This document shows, one piece after another, positions 21,457 through 32,330 of a stretch of 64,000 nucleotides of DNA. The stretch comes from Diplonema japonicum (lineage: Eukaryota; Protista; Euglenozoa: Diplonemea). The notes under the pieces were generated by a model. That model did not search any database, was not told the origin of the DNA, and worked only from the letters and a program-made list of their open reading frames with translations. The position numbers and the translations under genes are program-made. Each line of letters opens with the position of its first letter. Position 1 is the first letter of the stretch. The stretch covers positions 248,001-312,000 of the forward strand of contig OZ025674.1 of NCBI GenBank assembly GCA_964019335.1, written 5' to 3'.

Positions 21457-22576
21457 ATGGCACACAGAGGTTTCATTAGGGGCAGTAAGGTGCTGCTGGG
21501 TGCGGGCCTTGGTATGGGTGTCAGTGTGCAGGGATTTGCGCAGTCGCCAGACTGCAGCATGACGTGGGAGCTTTTGAAAAACCAGAACAGCAACACCAGC
21601 AACGAGGTGATCAAGTGCATGAGCAATAGCAACGCCTTCGCCACACTGTCGAAGCTCGAAGGCGACCTGATGGTGAAGAGAGACGAGGAGGACGAACAGA
21701 AATTATGGAAAGGCGTTGAAATCAGCATCTCAAGGGGCGTCCTGCAGAAGATCCCACCCCCCGTCGTAACGAAGATCGACGTGGTGGGCAAGACACCCAA
21801 CATGGTGGCAGACTTTATCATCAGCAAGCTCGACACCTCGAAGGGCTGTGTGGTGGTGCTGCAAGGAATGAGCGGGACAGGGAAAGGCACCACCGGAACC
21901 ACACTGCTCTCCAAGCTCCCCAACTGTGTGACGTGGAGCAACGGGAATGTGTTCCGATCCCTCACACTCCTCGCGGCGACTCATGCCAAACAGGAAGGCA
22001 TCGACCTCAAGGACAACGCAGAAAAGGTATTCACCTCCTCTCCCCCCTCACGTTCTTTAAAAAAAAAAAAAAAAAACAGGTCCTGACCTCTGAGAATGTT
22101 GCGAAATGGATGAAGATGTTGAGCTTCCATAAAACTGGAGACAAGAAGTACGACATCAAGATCCAAGGGTTGGGGCTTGACGTGAATGTGTCGGAGGTTC
22201 AAAACACGCTGCTGAAGGAAACGCTTGTTGCAAAGAACATCCCGACAGTTGCAGAGCAGACACAGGTGTGTGAAGAGGAGAGAGAACACACCCTAACACA
22301 CCACCACAGGGCGATGTTGTGAAATTTGCAGCAGCGGCTTTGAAGCAGATGACGGACGATGGGATGAACGTCATTCTGGAAGGCCGTGCTGCCACTGTTC
22401 AGTACGTCCCAACGCCTTACAGGTTCGAACTCATCATTAAAGACTCTAACCTCCTCGGCCAGAGGAGGGCGGCACAGCGGGTCATGGCAGGATGCGAAAT
22501 GCAGCTCGCAAGCAAGGCCACCTCTGAGGAGATCATGTCCCTTGCAGACTCACTCTGCAAGAAATGGACCCAGTAG
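21457..22576 (+). CDS. Cytidylate kinase-like P-loop NMP kinase, paralog 2 (possible mitochondrial presequence); exons 21457-22026, 22080-22265, 22310-22576
   Basis: Same motifs and intron positions as paralog 1. The N-terminus MAHRGFIRGSKVLL is basic and acid-free. Confidence 0.8.
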
Positions 22577-22799
22577 CGCAAAGTACACAGTACGGTTTAA
22601 TATATCAGTGCCTTAGAACTGATTTTTTTAAATCATTTTTTTTCTTCTTCTTTTTTTATCGTACCAAAGGGGGTTCTGTGCCACCTGTAAGCGGCAGCCC
22701 CAACTATGGGGGCCTCTCCTGTGTGTTCATAAGAAACGCATTGCTTTATGCTTTGTTTGGCCTTCTTCCGCATTACGATAACGTGTTTATTCTTCTTCT

Positions 22800-22838
<39 letters not shown>

Positions 22839-23475
22839 TAGTGCAGTTGCTTTCAAGGAAGAATTAAAGTAGTGGAAAAAAGATGAACAAGGAATAACGG
22901 GGTGTTTTTATTTTTCTTTACAAGAGGGTTTGGGTTGATAACATTGCTTTTTTTGTTTTTTTTTCTTTTTTTTTTTCCCCTTCCCCTCCTCCAGAGTGTG
23001 TCCTCTCCTTCCTTCCATCTTTACCTTCATCACCCATGTCCCTCCTTGGTACCTTTGTTTCTCTTTGAACCCTTGAAACCCACTGGTGTTTTTTTTTTTT
23101 TTTTTTCTCTTTTTTTTTTTGATAGTTTTTTTTTTCTTTTCTTTCTTTCTCATTACGTAATAAAACCGTCGATACCGTTCACACAGGCTAGTTTTACTCA
23201 AACTAAAAGAAAAAAAAAACCCCCCCACACATCCCCCCCCCCCCCCCCCCCCCCACTCGCACAGAAAAGAAAAAAAAGAGGGAAAGAAGGAAGGAAGGAA
23301 GCAAAAAGAGGGACAAACAACAACAACAAAGGAAAAAGAAGCGCATGGATACAGAACCTGCCATGCTTACTTTTTAAAAAAAAACTTTTCTTTTTCTTTT
23401 TTTTTTTTCTTTCTTATCTTTTCGTCTCTCCTTAGTTTCCTTCCCCCTTCTGTTCCCTCTAGTATTTTCTTTACC

Positions 23476-24171
23476 ATGGGATGTGCCCCTTCAAATAACC
23501 GAGTAGACCAACAGAGATCAGACACAAAGAGCAAACCGGTGGGTCGGGAGGAGGAAAAATCGGAGGTAAAACCCCCCCAGCCTATTGAGGAAGAGGATAT
23601 CCCGCTGGTAGTTGTTGTCAGGCCTACCATCGTTACACAAGGAGACTGTCCCAAAAAAACAGAGGAAGCACCAGTCTTGCCGTCTGAAGAAGAAATGGAC
23701 GGGCCTGTGACGGCGTCGGAAAAGAAGACTGTAGCAGAAAAAGCTGGGCTAACCCCAGAAGTGCTTGCATTCGACAGTGCCTTTGCACTAGAACAGGTAG
23801 ATGACGATGTTGAGTTCCTTGTGGAGCTCAAGACATCAGTCACAGATCTTCAAAAGGAAACTGATCTCGAGCTTCCTGCAAGCCTCAAGGAAAAAGACTG
23901 GAAGGCAATGTTCGAGAAGGCGCACGGGCTCAAAGGAGCCGTTGCAAACCTCGGAATGGAGCGCCTTCGGCTGCTGGGCCTTAGCCTTGAGCAAACGGGT
24001 AGAATTTTGCATAGCAAGGAGGTATACTTACGAGGGGGAGAAAAAAAAAAGAAAAAAAAAGGGCGAGTCCCAATATTCTGAAAGGGAAATTGCCGTCCTA
24101 CTTGAGCTGGTGCAGGACGAATGGACGCTGTTTAATGAGGTGTGTGTTGACGGGGAATTTTTTTTTTGGGG

Positions 24172-24203
<32 letters not shown>

Positions 24204-24241
24204 AGACTTTCGATGCTGAAATTGAAAAATTGCAAGCGTGA
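23476..24241 (+). CDS. Histidine phosphotransfer (Hpt) domain protein with N-terminal acylation motif; exons 23476-24021, 24062-24139, 24206-24241
   Basis: AHGLKGAVANLG matches the Hpt HxLKGxxxxxG motif and the protein starts MGC. Two introns restore the frame to TGA at 24241. Confidence 0.82.
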
Positions 24242-25045
24242 GGGGTTTCCGAGACTGGGGTGTTGGAAGGGGGGGGGTCAAAAAAGAGACAGGTTTTCTA
24301 ACCTGGGGGTATAATGTTGCCCCGTACTCCTTAGGCATTCTTTGGAAAGAAGATCAAATGTACAGTAAAAATCTTTGGTGGGGGCCCGCTTTAAGAACAG
24401 GATCCCCCTCTCCAATTTCTCCCTTTATGTCAAAAAAAAACCCCCCCCCCAGGGCATTGAAAAAAGAAGTTATAATGAAGAAAACAAAATTATAAGAAAA
24501 TAAAATCAGTCTATTCCCCTCCGTGAAAACTTTTCAGTGCCTTGGGTCAACAGGTTGAAAAGGGAAAATGTGAAGGAGAGAGAAAAAAAGAAGAAGAATA
24601 CAAAAAGTTTTGATATAAAACATATTACCCCCCCCCCCCCCCTCTCTCTTCATTTCTCAACACAGATGTGCGATTCTCATTTATCTATTCATTTATTTCC
24701 CTCCGTTTTTTTTTTTTTTTTTTTTTTTTCAAAGAAAAGAGAATAGGTAAGACATCCACCATAATTTCGTTTCTTTATATCTTGCCGTGTCCTAAATTCC
24801 AAAAAAAAAAAAGTTTGAAAAGTTATAAAAAAAAAAAAAGAAGAAGCAGAAAGGAGTGAGCTGGGAAAGAGAAAGAAAAAAAAAAAGAGAATCAAAAAGA
24901 GGCATTTTTTTTTTGTTCATCTTTTTTTTTTCCTCTTCTCCACCACGTTTTCCTTCACGATAAGGTTTAAAAAAAAAAAAAAGAAAATTCACCACACACA
25001 CTGATATCCCTCTCTCTCTCTGTCCCCCATTTTCTTTTTTTTTTT

Positions 25046-25111
25046 GGCGATCCTGTCACATACTGCAGGTTCCCTTCAAAGACATCTTTTTTTTTTTTTT
25101 TTTTTTTTTTT
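25046..25111 (+). mobile_element. 41-bp 3'-terminal fragment of retroposon family T (copy C) inside a poly(T) tract
   Basis: GGCGATCCTGTCACATACTGCAGGTTCCCTTCAAAGACATC is identical to 6420-6459 except for one extra T. T-runs flank both sides. Confidence 0.85.
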
Positions 25112-25168
25112 GTTAGTGCCCCTCAAGAATTTAAAAAAAAACCACAAAAAAAAAGGGGGAGGGAGGGG

Positions 25169-26668
25169 ATGAAAATAAACCAGAGACTTGCGTCCCCCCT
25201 TTTGTACTTGGGGGGTGCTATACTAGTAACAACGGTGATAAGCAGTGCCATCGAAGGAAGTGCGGGATTTGCCATTGCAGCTGGGCTATGGGCCTGCTGT
25301 GCCGCTGTTACTGAGTACGGACGCCGGGACGTAGCAGTAGGTCTCGGACTCCTAGGGACAGCCTTGATGGACATTGACAGCATATGCCTTGGTGAAGGCA
25401 GAACTTGGATGGCTTCCCTCGTTCTACTCAACACGGGTTTTGTGTGCGACATTCGTCTTGCCACAGGGCTTACGTTCTTCTACCTGTTCCTGACGACCGT
25501 GATCCACGGTACAGTGGACATCAGCCTCACCTCCCTCTCTACCATGTCATGCGCCGCCACCCGTACCATTCACGTTAACAGTGCAATACGTGTTTTCCTC
25601 ATCCAGCTCTCCGCCCTGATCTCCACGTATCTGTGCATTGTTTCTTCCAAGCGTAGGTGCGCTGCCCGCACGCAAGACCTCGAGAACTGTATTGAGACAG
25701 TGACGACGATCAGCGGCCTTGTCACCGACTTCGACACACGTCTTGCTGAACAGTATCTTGAAAGCGATTTGTGTGCCTCGCCTCTTGAGGTGAAGGTCGC
25801 CATGCTGAGCATCGTCAACACAATGCACAAGTACGAACCGTTCCTGACCCCGCTTCCTGGGGATCACCGCGCGGACTGGGTGGACGTGCCCCCTACCACG
25901 GGTGCTGAGGTGGTAGCATCGCTCGCCGTGGTGAACATGGTCAGCAGCATGCGGCTGCTGACAAGAGGATGGGACGGCTTCGCGAGACAGTTCAGTTGGG
26001 TAGTGGGCACTGTGCAGGACGTGGCGCGCATCAGGAACGGCGTGCACGAGGTAGTGGGGGACAAGATCATGATAGGGTTCAACGTCATCAACGAGACAAA
26101 GGAACACTGCAAAACTGCGATGGAAGCAGCAGTAGACATAGTACGGCTTCTGGGACTGAACAACCCAAACAACGTGGCCACCATAGCTGTCGTGTCGGGT
26201 AAGTGCCGTGCAGGGCTAGTAGGAACCGAGTCCTACAAGAAGCTGTGCATTGTAGGCGTGGCACCCACGCTGCTATTTGCTCTTGATCGGTACCTTCGAC
26301 GCCACGGTGTGACGCTGGGATGCGACAAGTCTGTCTTTGCAGAAGTCTTTGACAGTTATGAAATGCACTGCATTACACAGTCTTTGGCATTCACGAGGAA
26401 GAACTTTGGTGAGTTTGTGACTTCTGTGTGGGAAGTCTCCCTCGCAGCGATTGAGGACACAGGGCTTGTCCCGCCTGGCGACCCCCGTGACTGGCGGTAC
26501 GACCAGAAACCTCGCAGCAAGCCAAGCTTTCTTCTCGCACCCAGGCATGGATCGCCCAAGAATGACAGCCCGCTGCCTTCCGTCGAAAGCAAGGCTAGCT
26601 TCACAGCTAACCTCGTTGATGAGCTGGAAGACGTGGAAGAGGTTGAAAAGGTGTACTTCGAATTCTGA
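25169..26668 (+). CDS. Multi-TM protein with degenerate class III nucleotide-cyclase domain
   Basis: Hydrophobic N-terminal half, then VVGDKIMIGF, IAVVSGKCRAGLVGT and KLCIVG cyclase-like motifs. The first metal-binding Asp appears replaced (AVVNM). Confidence 0.7.
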   Translation: MKINQRLASPLLYLGGAILVTTVISSAIEGSAGFAIAAGLWACCAAVTEYGRRDVAVGLGLLGTALMDIDSICLGEGRTWMASLVLLNTGFVCDIRLATGLTFFYLFLTTVIHGTVDISLTSLSTMSCAATRTIHVNSAIRVFLIQLSALISTYLCIVSSKRRCAARTQDLENCIETVTTISGLVTDFDTRLAEQYLESDLCASPLEVKVAMLSIVNTMHKYEPFLTPLPGDHRADWVDVPPTTGAEVVASLAVVNMVSSMRLLTRGWDGFARQFSWVVGTVQDVARIRNGVHEVVGDKIMIGFNVINETKEHCKTAMEAAVDIVRLLGLNNPNNVATIAVVSGKCRAGLVGTESYKKLCIVGVAPTLLFALDRYLRRHGVTLGCDKSVFAEVFDSYEMHCITQSLAFTRKNFGEFVTSVWEVSLAAIEDTGLVPPGDPRDWRYDQKPRSKPSFLLAPRHGSPKNDSPLPSVESKASFTANLVDELEDVEEVEKVYFEF

Positions 26669-26747
26669 GGGATCTGAGGGATTTCTTTTCTTGTCCCTTC
26701 TTCCGAAGGTGCCAAGGAGAGGAAAAAATTTTTTTCTTTTTGAGTGC

Positions 26748-26780
<33 letters not shown>

Positions 26781-27514
26781 CCGACGGGTGGGGGTGCTGC
26801 AGTCTCTCTGCCGGAAGTAAATGAAATCTACCCTCTCCTTCGTCTTCCCCCAGAGGGTCGTGTTTTACGTGTTATTTTCTTCTTTTCTTTTTTATTCTTT
26901 TTCCCTAAGTCAGTATCAGGCTTTCCTTCCCCTCAGTCCGGTACTTTTTCATTTTACAGTACCTTTTTCTTTTTCTTCCTGCAGTAGCTTACACCCTTCC
27001 CGCTCTCCATCCTTTTTTTTTCTTCTTCTTCTTCCTAGTCTCCTCTTAAGCAAGTCAAAAGTGAGAAGGTGTGTCTGTCTCCCTTTGCTCACAGGTACCA
27101 TTGTTTACAGAGGATGGCACAAAAGGAACATCTTGCCAGCATGATCATCTCTCCTTAACATAATTCAAAAATATTTTCTGTTTTCTTTATGCTGCTTTGT
27201 TTGATTCTGGGGAATGATCGCCACTTCCTTTTTTCTGTCCAGCTCCTCGAACTCTCCGTCGTATTGAACGACTAGCTTTCAACTGCTTCTCTCTGCTTGT
27301 CCTACCAAGTGGGATAATTCTTGTACCCTCTGGTATATTTAAATCCGTTCTGGTACACGCAAAAGGGTGAGCTCAGCCCTGCTTGGCACGCCGTTAAAAA
27401 AAGATTCTCGCAGGAACCTTTTCGCAATTCCGTTTTTGTTTGCGACAAATTTAAAAAAAAAAAAAAAAAGGAAGGGAGGGTATCTAAAAAAACCAAAAAG
27501 AAACCAAAGAAAAA

Positions 27515-28698
27515 ATGAAGTATAGCGCGGAGGATGTATGTTAAACAAAAAAAAAAAAAAAAAAAAAAAACAGGCGGAAATTATCATAAAATACGACCTA
27601 TCGTCGACCCATGCCAAATACGTAGATCGCCACATGCTCAACTACCTCATTCAGCACATCGAACAGAGCGGGGTTTGTGAACACACAACACACGTAACAC
27701 ATAGCACAGGTGTACCCGGCTGAGCAGATGCAAACAGCTACACTTGAGATGCTGTGGAAAACCTCCATGATTGACCACTACAAGGCCAAATATATGGAGT
27801 ACAAGGTACCTCATCACCCACATCAAAAGTAATACACCCCGCAGAACATTAAGGAGGACGGCGTACCCCCCGAAGTGAACGAGAAGAGAGAGGCTCTCGT
27901 CAGCAGAATCACCGAGCTCGAGAAGAAGTGCGCACCGTTCCTGAAGGTGTTCTACCCTGGAGATGTGGACGGCAACAACGAGGGCTGGTCCCTGTACCTT
28001 GAACTCGTCTCGAAGCAGGGCGAGGACGGGAAACACATGTTCAACCTGCAGCACCTCCAGGCCACCTACAACATCGAGAAGGAACACTTCGGTATGTTCA
28101 CAACATTTTTTTTTTTTTATATAAATCATTTCCCTTACAGAAAACGTCTACGCCTACGCCAAGGTAATATACGAGACCGGGGACTACTACGGCGCCCAGG
28201 TGCTGCTGAATTACTACCGCAGGATAGGCGATCTCGACAACGACACAGAGGCCAAGTGGGGGAAGTATGCGTCCGAAATCTTGGAGCAGAACTGGGTTAG
28301 CGCCCAGGAGTCCCTGAGAACGCTTCAGGAGTCGATCGACAACGTGACGATGGGCACGCAGATCTACCAGTCAGAGGGTGCGCAGCTGCAGGCCAGAGCG
28401 TGGTTGATGCACTGGTCGCTGTTCGTCTACTTCTTCTACAAAGACGAGGATGAGTTCATGGACGACGGGCTTGACAAGCTGATCGACTCGTGGCTGCCTG
28501 ACATGTACAAAACCCACCAGGAGAAGGAGCACCGCCAGTGGAAATACCTCAGGGTTGTCCAATCCCTGTGCCCCCACCTTTTGAGGTACATCTGCGCCGC
28601 TGTCATCATCGGGTCCGAGGAAAGCGGAAAGCGTCAGTCCGGCCAGGAATCCGGGCACATCAGGATCAAGCAGAGGTTCAAAGATCTCTCCAGGGTAT

Positions 28699-28762
<64 letters not shown>

Positions 28763-30399
28763 CTCGTCCGGACGAAAATGTCAACACTTTTTTTGGGCAC
28801 CTCCGAAAATTTCTTGTTTTGATTATTTAAGCAAAAAAAGGGCAGCATGCAACCATAGGAAGATGACATATATGGTGCACATGGCGCCGTTCTTTCAATT
28901 GCGATGCTTGTTTTGCCATGAGGGTGGCAGGCTCTGCAACCGGCTGCCCCCGGGAAGCGAAAAATAGAGGTCAGAAAAACGGCGAAAAATGTTTAAAATG
29001 CAATTTTATTGCTTAACACGCAGCATCTAGGGTGCATAAAATTGGTGATCAAGCGCACTTGTGACCCCTGGGTACAACCCAGGGTCGGGTTACTGTTAAA
29101 AGTACTTAGCGAAAAATATATGGCGCCCGCATAGCCCCCAAAAATCCGGTTTTTACACCCTATTTTTTGGCTTTTTCAAGGGGTTCCTAAGGGATTTTGG
29201 CCTTTTTCAGAAAAACCAATTCTTAACACTTGCCTGCTCATGCAGAGCTTCGACATTGGTATCTTTGGGGTCAAACTTTCATTCTCTACCCATCTGCTGA
29301 GGTTTTTCCTTTTCTTTTTGCACTCATAATACTTTAAAAGTGAAAATTTTGCTTTTTTAAGGGGTTTTAAAGGGATTTTAGCCTTAAATAGGCCAAAATG
29401 GCACTGTAAGGGAAGTTCTCCCCACCCCATTTTAATAGTGATTTAGAGTCCAGCCCACCCAAAATGACCCCAAAGGTTTCACAGATTTTCAGTCTGCGTC
29501 CATTCCTCCTGTCACTTTTCACGGAAAAACGAAAATAAAAAATGGAGTCTGGGTTATTTGTAACTTCCAAATTGAATCGTTTGCCAAAAGCCATTCTAAA
29601 AAACATGTTTTTGCACGTGCGTTTTAAAAATAAAACAAACGGCGAGCATTTTGACCTATATGGTGTTCAAGCTTAGACTGCATTTCTGCACACAAAGTGG
29701 TGTCGGACTACTTTTTTACTTAGAAATTTAACGGGGGTTTTCCGCCGCATAGGAGGGTCATTTGTTGACATTTTTTTTCCGGACGAGCTCATATTAAAAA
29801 AATAAAAAAAATAATAGTTGATTGACAACGAGTCGCGTTACTACAAGGACCCCATCACGGAGTTCCTGCAGCTGCTTCTCAGCGACTGTGATTTCGACGG
29901 TGCGCACGCGAAGCTGCGCGAGTGTGAGCTGGTCATCCACAACGACTTCTTCCTCCACGAGCATAAGGAGAGGTTCCTCCGACAGGCCAGGAAGATGATC
30001 TTCGAGAACCACTGCAGGATCCACAGTGTGATGGACATCGGCATGGTGGCCAAGAAGCTAAACTACGACACTGAGGAGGCGGCAGAGAGGTACATCGTGA
30101 AGATGATCAGGGGTGCGCACCTCGATGCGAAAATCGATTCCGAGGCCAACCAGGTGCTCCTCGCTTCGCAAGGCGGGTCGATCTACAGGACTGTCAGAGA
30201 GAAGACCAAGCTTGTGAGAGACAAAACTGACCAGTTGATTGAGCGTCTGCAGGACCGCAGGGTGTGTAGGGAAAAAAAAAAAAAAAAAAAAAAAAAAAAA
30301 CAGACCCACCTTGAAAGACCAAACAACAACAACAACAACAACAACAACACTAGCAATTCTGGTCCAAAGGGTGACATGAGCAGATTCAACAGGGCTTAG
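27515..30399 (+). CDS. EIF3E: Eukaryotic translation initiation factor 3 subunit E; exons 27515-27535, 27574-27672, 27710-27805, 27845-28091, 28141-28694, 29818-30261, 30304-30399
   Basis: YDLS...DRH, YAKxxYExGDY, WGKxASEIL, RAWLMHWSLFV, YKDPITEF and PCI-domain IFENHCRIH/LDAKID. Six GT-AG introns restore the frame. The last acceptor could instead be TAG at 30353. Confidence 0.93.
28731..28759. repeat. (TA)n microsatellite at the MITE insertion site
   Basis: Direct reading of the sequence. Confidence 0.9.
28760..29790. mobile_element. 1031-bp non-autonomous TIR DNA transposon in eIF3e intron 5 (GAG...CTC termini, ATAT TSD; Sola-like)
   Basis: Left end GAGCTCGTCCGGACGAAAATGTCAACA versus reverse complement of right end GAGCTCGTCCGGAAAAAAAATGTCAACA. 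ATAT lies on both sides and there is no convincing ORF. Confidence 0.88.
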
Positions 30400-30913
30400 G
30401 TACAACGACCGAGCGGGAGGAGAGAGACAATAATAAAAAAAAAAAGATTTTCAAAATATTTGAATGAAGTGAGTTTAACCTGATGCACACTGTAGCCTAT
30501 CTCCGGGGGAGGAAAGGGGAGGGGTCCTATTTTTTTTTTTTTGCAAGAATGTACCTTCTTGGAGTAAAACCAGGGGGGACCAGAAGTTGTCAGTTAAATC
30601 GGTTCTTTCTGACCCCCCCCCCCCCACCGTGTTTTGCGGGTGCGTTGCACTGTGGCTTTCATCAGGTTTAAAAAAAGAAAAATCATTATTCTACTTTATC
30701 ATTCTGCATTTTTTTTTCCCCCCCTTTTTGAATTTTTTGGCCACCAAATAATCTTTTTTTTTGTGCCCCCTTTTTTCTTTTTTTCCCTCTCTTCGATCAA
30801 GAGTGTTTTAGAAAGAAAGGAAAGAAAGAAAAATAAACAAGAAAATCCTTGGGCTGGGAGCGAAATAAAAATTTCTGCTTCCCCTTGCTTTTCTTTTTTC
30901 GGTTTCTGTCTTT

Positions 30914-30947
<34 letters not shown>

Positions 30948-31209
30948 TACCCAATTTCTTTTGCACTTTTTACCCCCTTCCTTTTTTATTTCTTTTTTTT
31001 TCTGCTTTCACCCACCATGAGACCCCCCTCCTCTGTTTTTTTTTGATTCTATTTTTTTGTTTCTATTTCCCTTTTTTTTTTCTTGGTGGCCGTTTCCTTC
31101 ATAGTGAATTTTTATCTCTCTTTTTTTTCTTCTTCTTTTTTCTAGTACGTTGGAAACATACAAAAAAGAAAAAGGGGGGAAGAAGAGGGGAGAAAAGAAA
31201 AAAATAATA

Positions 31210-31818
31210 ATGCCGCTGTTTCAAAAATTTGGGAAGGAATGCATCTCGAGTGCTAGCCAGACGAAGAGCAGCGAACAGAGAAAGATCCGACAGAAGATTT
31301 TGGACCAATACCCTATGCTGGAAGATCACTTGGAAGACTTCATCGCCCCGAAAGCAACGATCACCGCTGTGAAGTGCCAGGGCCACATTTCCCTTATCAC
31401 AGTGAAGGGTGAAATTTTCTTTTTCAGGGAAAGGGAAGGACCTTACTTTCCTACTCTGAGGCTTCTACACAAGTACCCAGACCTTCTCCCAGTTATGCAG
31501 GTGGACATGGGTGGGTGTAAATTCGTCATTGGTGGTGCGAACGTCATGTGCCCTGGTGTGACATCGGCAGGAGGCTCGATGGCCGAACTCCCTGAACGGG
31601 CACCTTGCCAAATTAAAATTGAGGGAAAGCAGCACGCAGTGGCTCTGGGTATGACAAGTCTTTCCACTGAAGAAATTAGGGAGGTATGGACATGGGGGAG
31701 ATTATTTAAAAGAAAAAAAAAAAAAAAAAAGAAAAAAAAACAGCAAAATAAGGGGTCGTGCATAACTAACTTGCACTACCTAGGAGATGGCCTGTGGCAC
31801 ATGCCTGTCTTGGAATGA
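31210..31818 (+). CDS. MCTS1: MCTS1/Tma20 translation re-initiation factor (PUA domain); exons 31210-31683 and 31744-31818
   Basis: FQKF, KSSEQRKIR, PTLRLLHKYP, KFVIGGANVMCPG and HYLGDGLW motifs. Contains a 60-nt in-frame intron. Confidence 0.93.
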   Translation: MPLFQKFGKECISSASQTKSSEQRKIRQKILDQYPMLEDHLEDFIAPKATITAVKCQGHISLITVKGEIFFFREREGPYFPTLRLLHKYPDLLPVMQVDMGGCKFVIGGANVMCPGVTSAGGSMAELPERAPCQIKIEGKQHAVALGMTSLSTEEIREVWTWGRLFKRKKKKKKKKKQQNKGSCITNLHYLGDGLWHMPVLE

Positions 31819-32330
31819 GATTGCAATGGTTTTTGGCTTTTTTTCTTTTTTTTTTTTTTTTTTTTTAGTGTGTTTCCCCCCCTTTTTTTTTCTACTCTGA
31901 AGGGCGGCCCTCCATGAGGGGGTTTGTCCTGCACTTTGAGTTTTTCTTTTTCTAAAAGAAAGCCCGGCGGTACGATGTGAAAACACCAGGGAAGAGCGGT
32001 TGAATTTCTTTGTCAGGAAGAAAAGGGGACGAGACGAACCCGGACGTAGCCGCAGACTTCGTTGAGGGAGGGAACCCCTCGGCCTTGAACATCGCCTTTT
32101 ATATCAAAAGAAATGTCTTTTTTTTCTTTTTCTTTTTTTTTTTCTTCGTTCTAAATACCCCCCACCCCCCCCCTTTTTTTTCATTCATTCAAACCCTCAC
32201 ACACAAAAACACAAAAACCATTCGTTTCCTCTCAATCGTAACCATCGCGGGAAAGAAAAAAAAAATAAAGGCGGAAGGAGAGAAGGGAGGGGAGAGGGAG
32301 AAGGGAGGAAAAAGAAACAGAAGAAAAAAA

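Noticed and set aside
22564-23435. Poly-Phe/poly-Lys ORFs here and in other spacers
   Set aside because: Translations of T/A homopolymer tracts, not genes.
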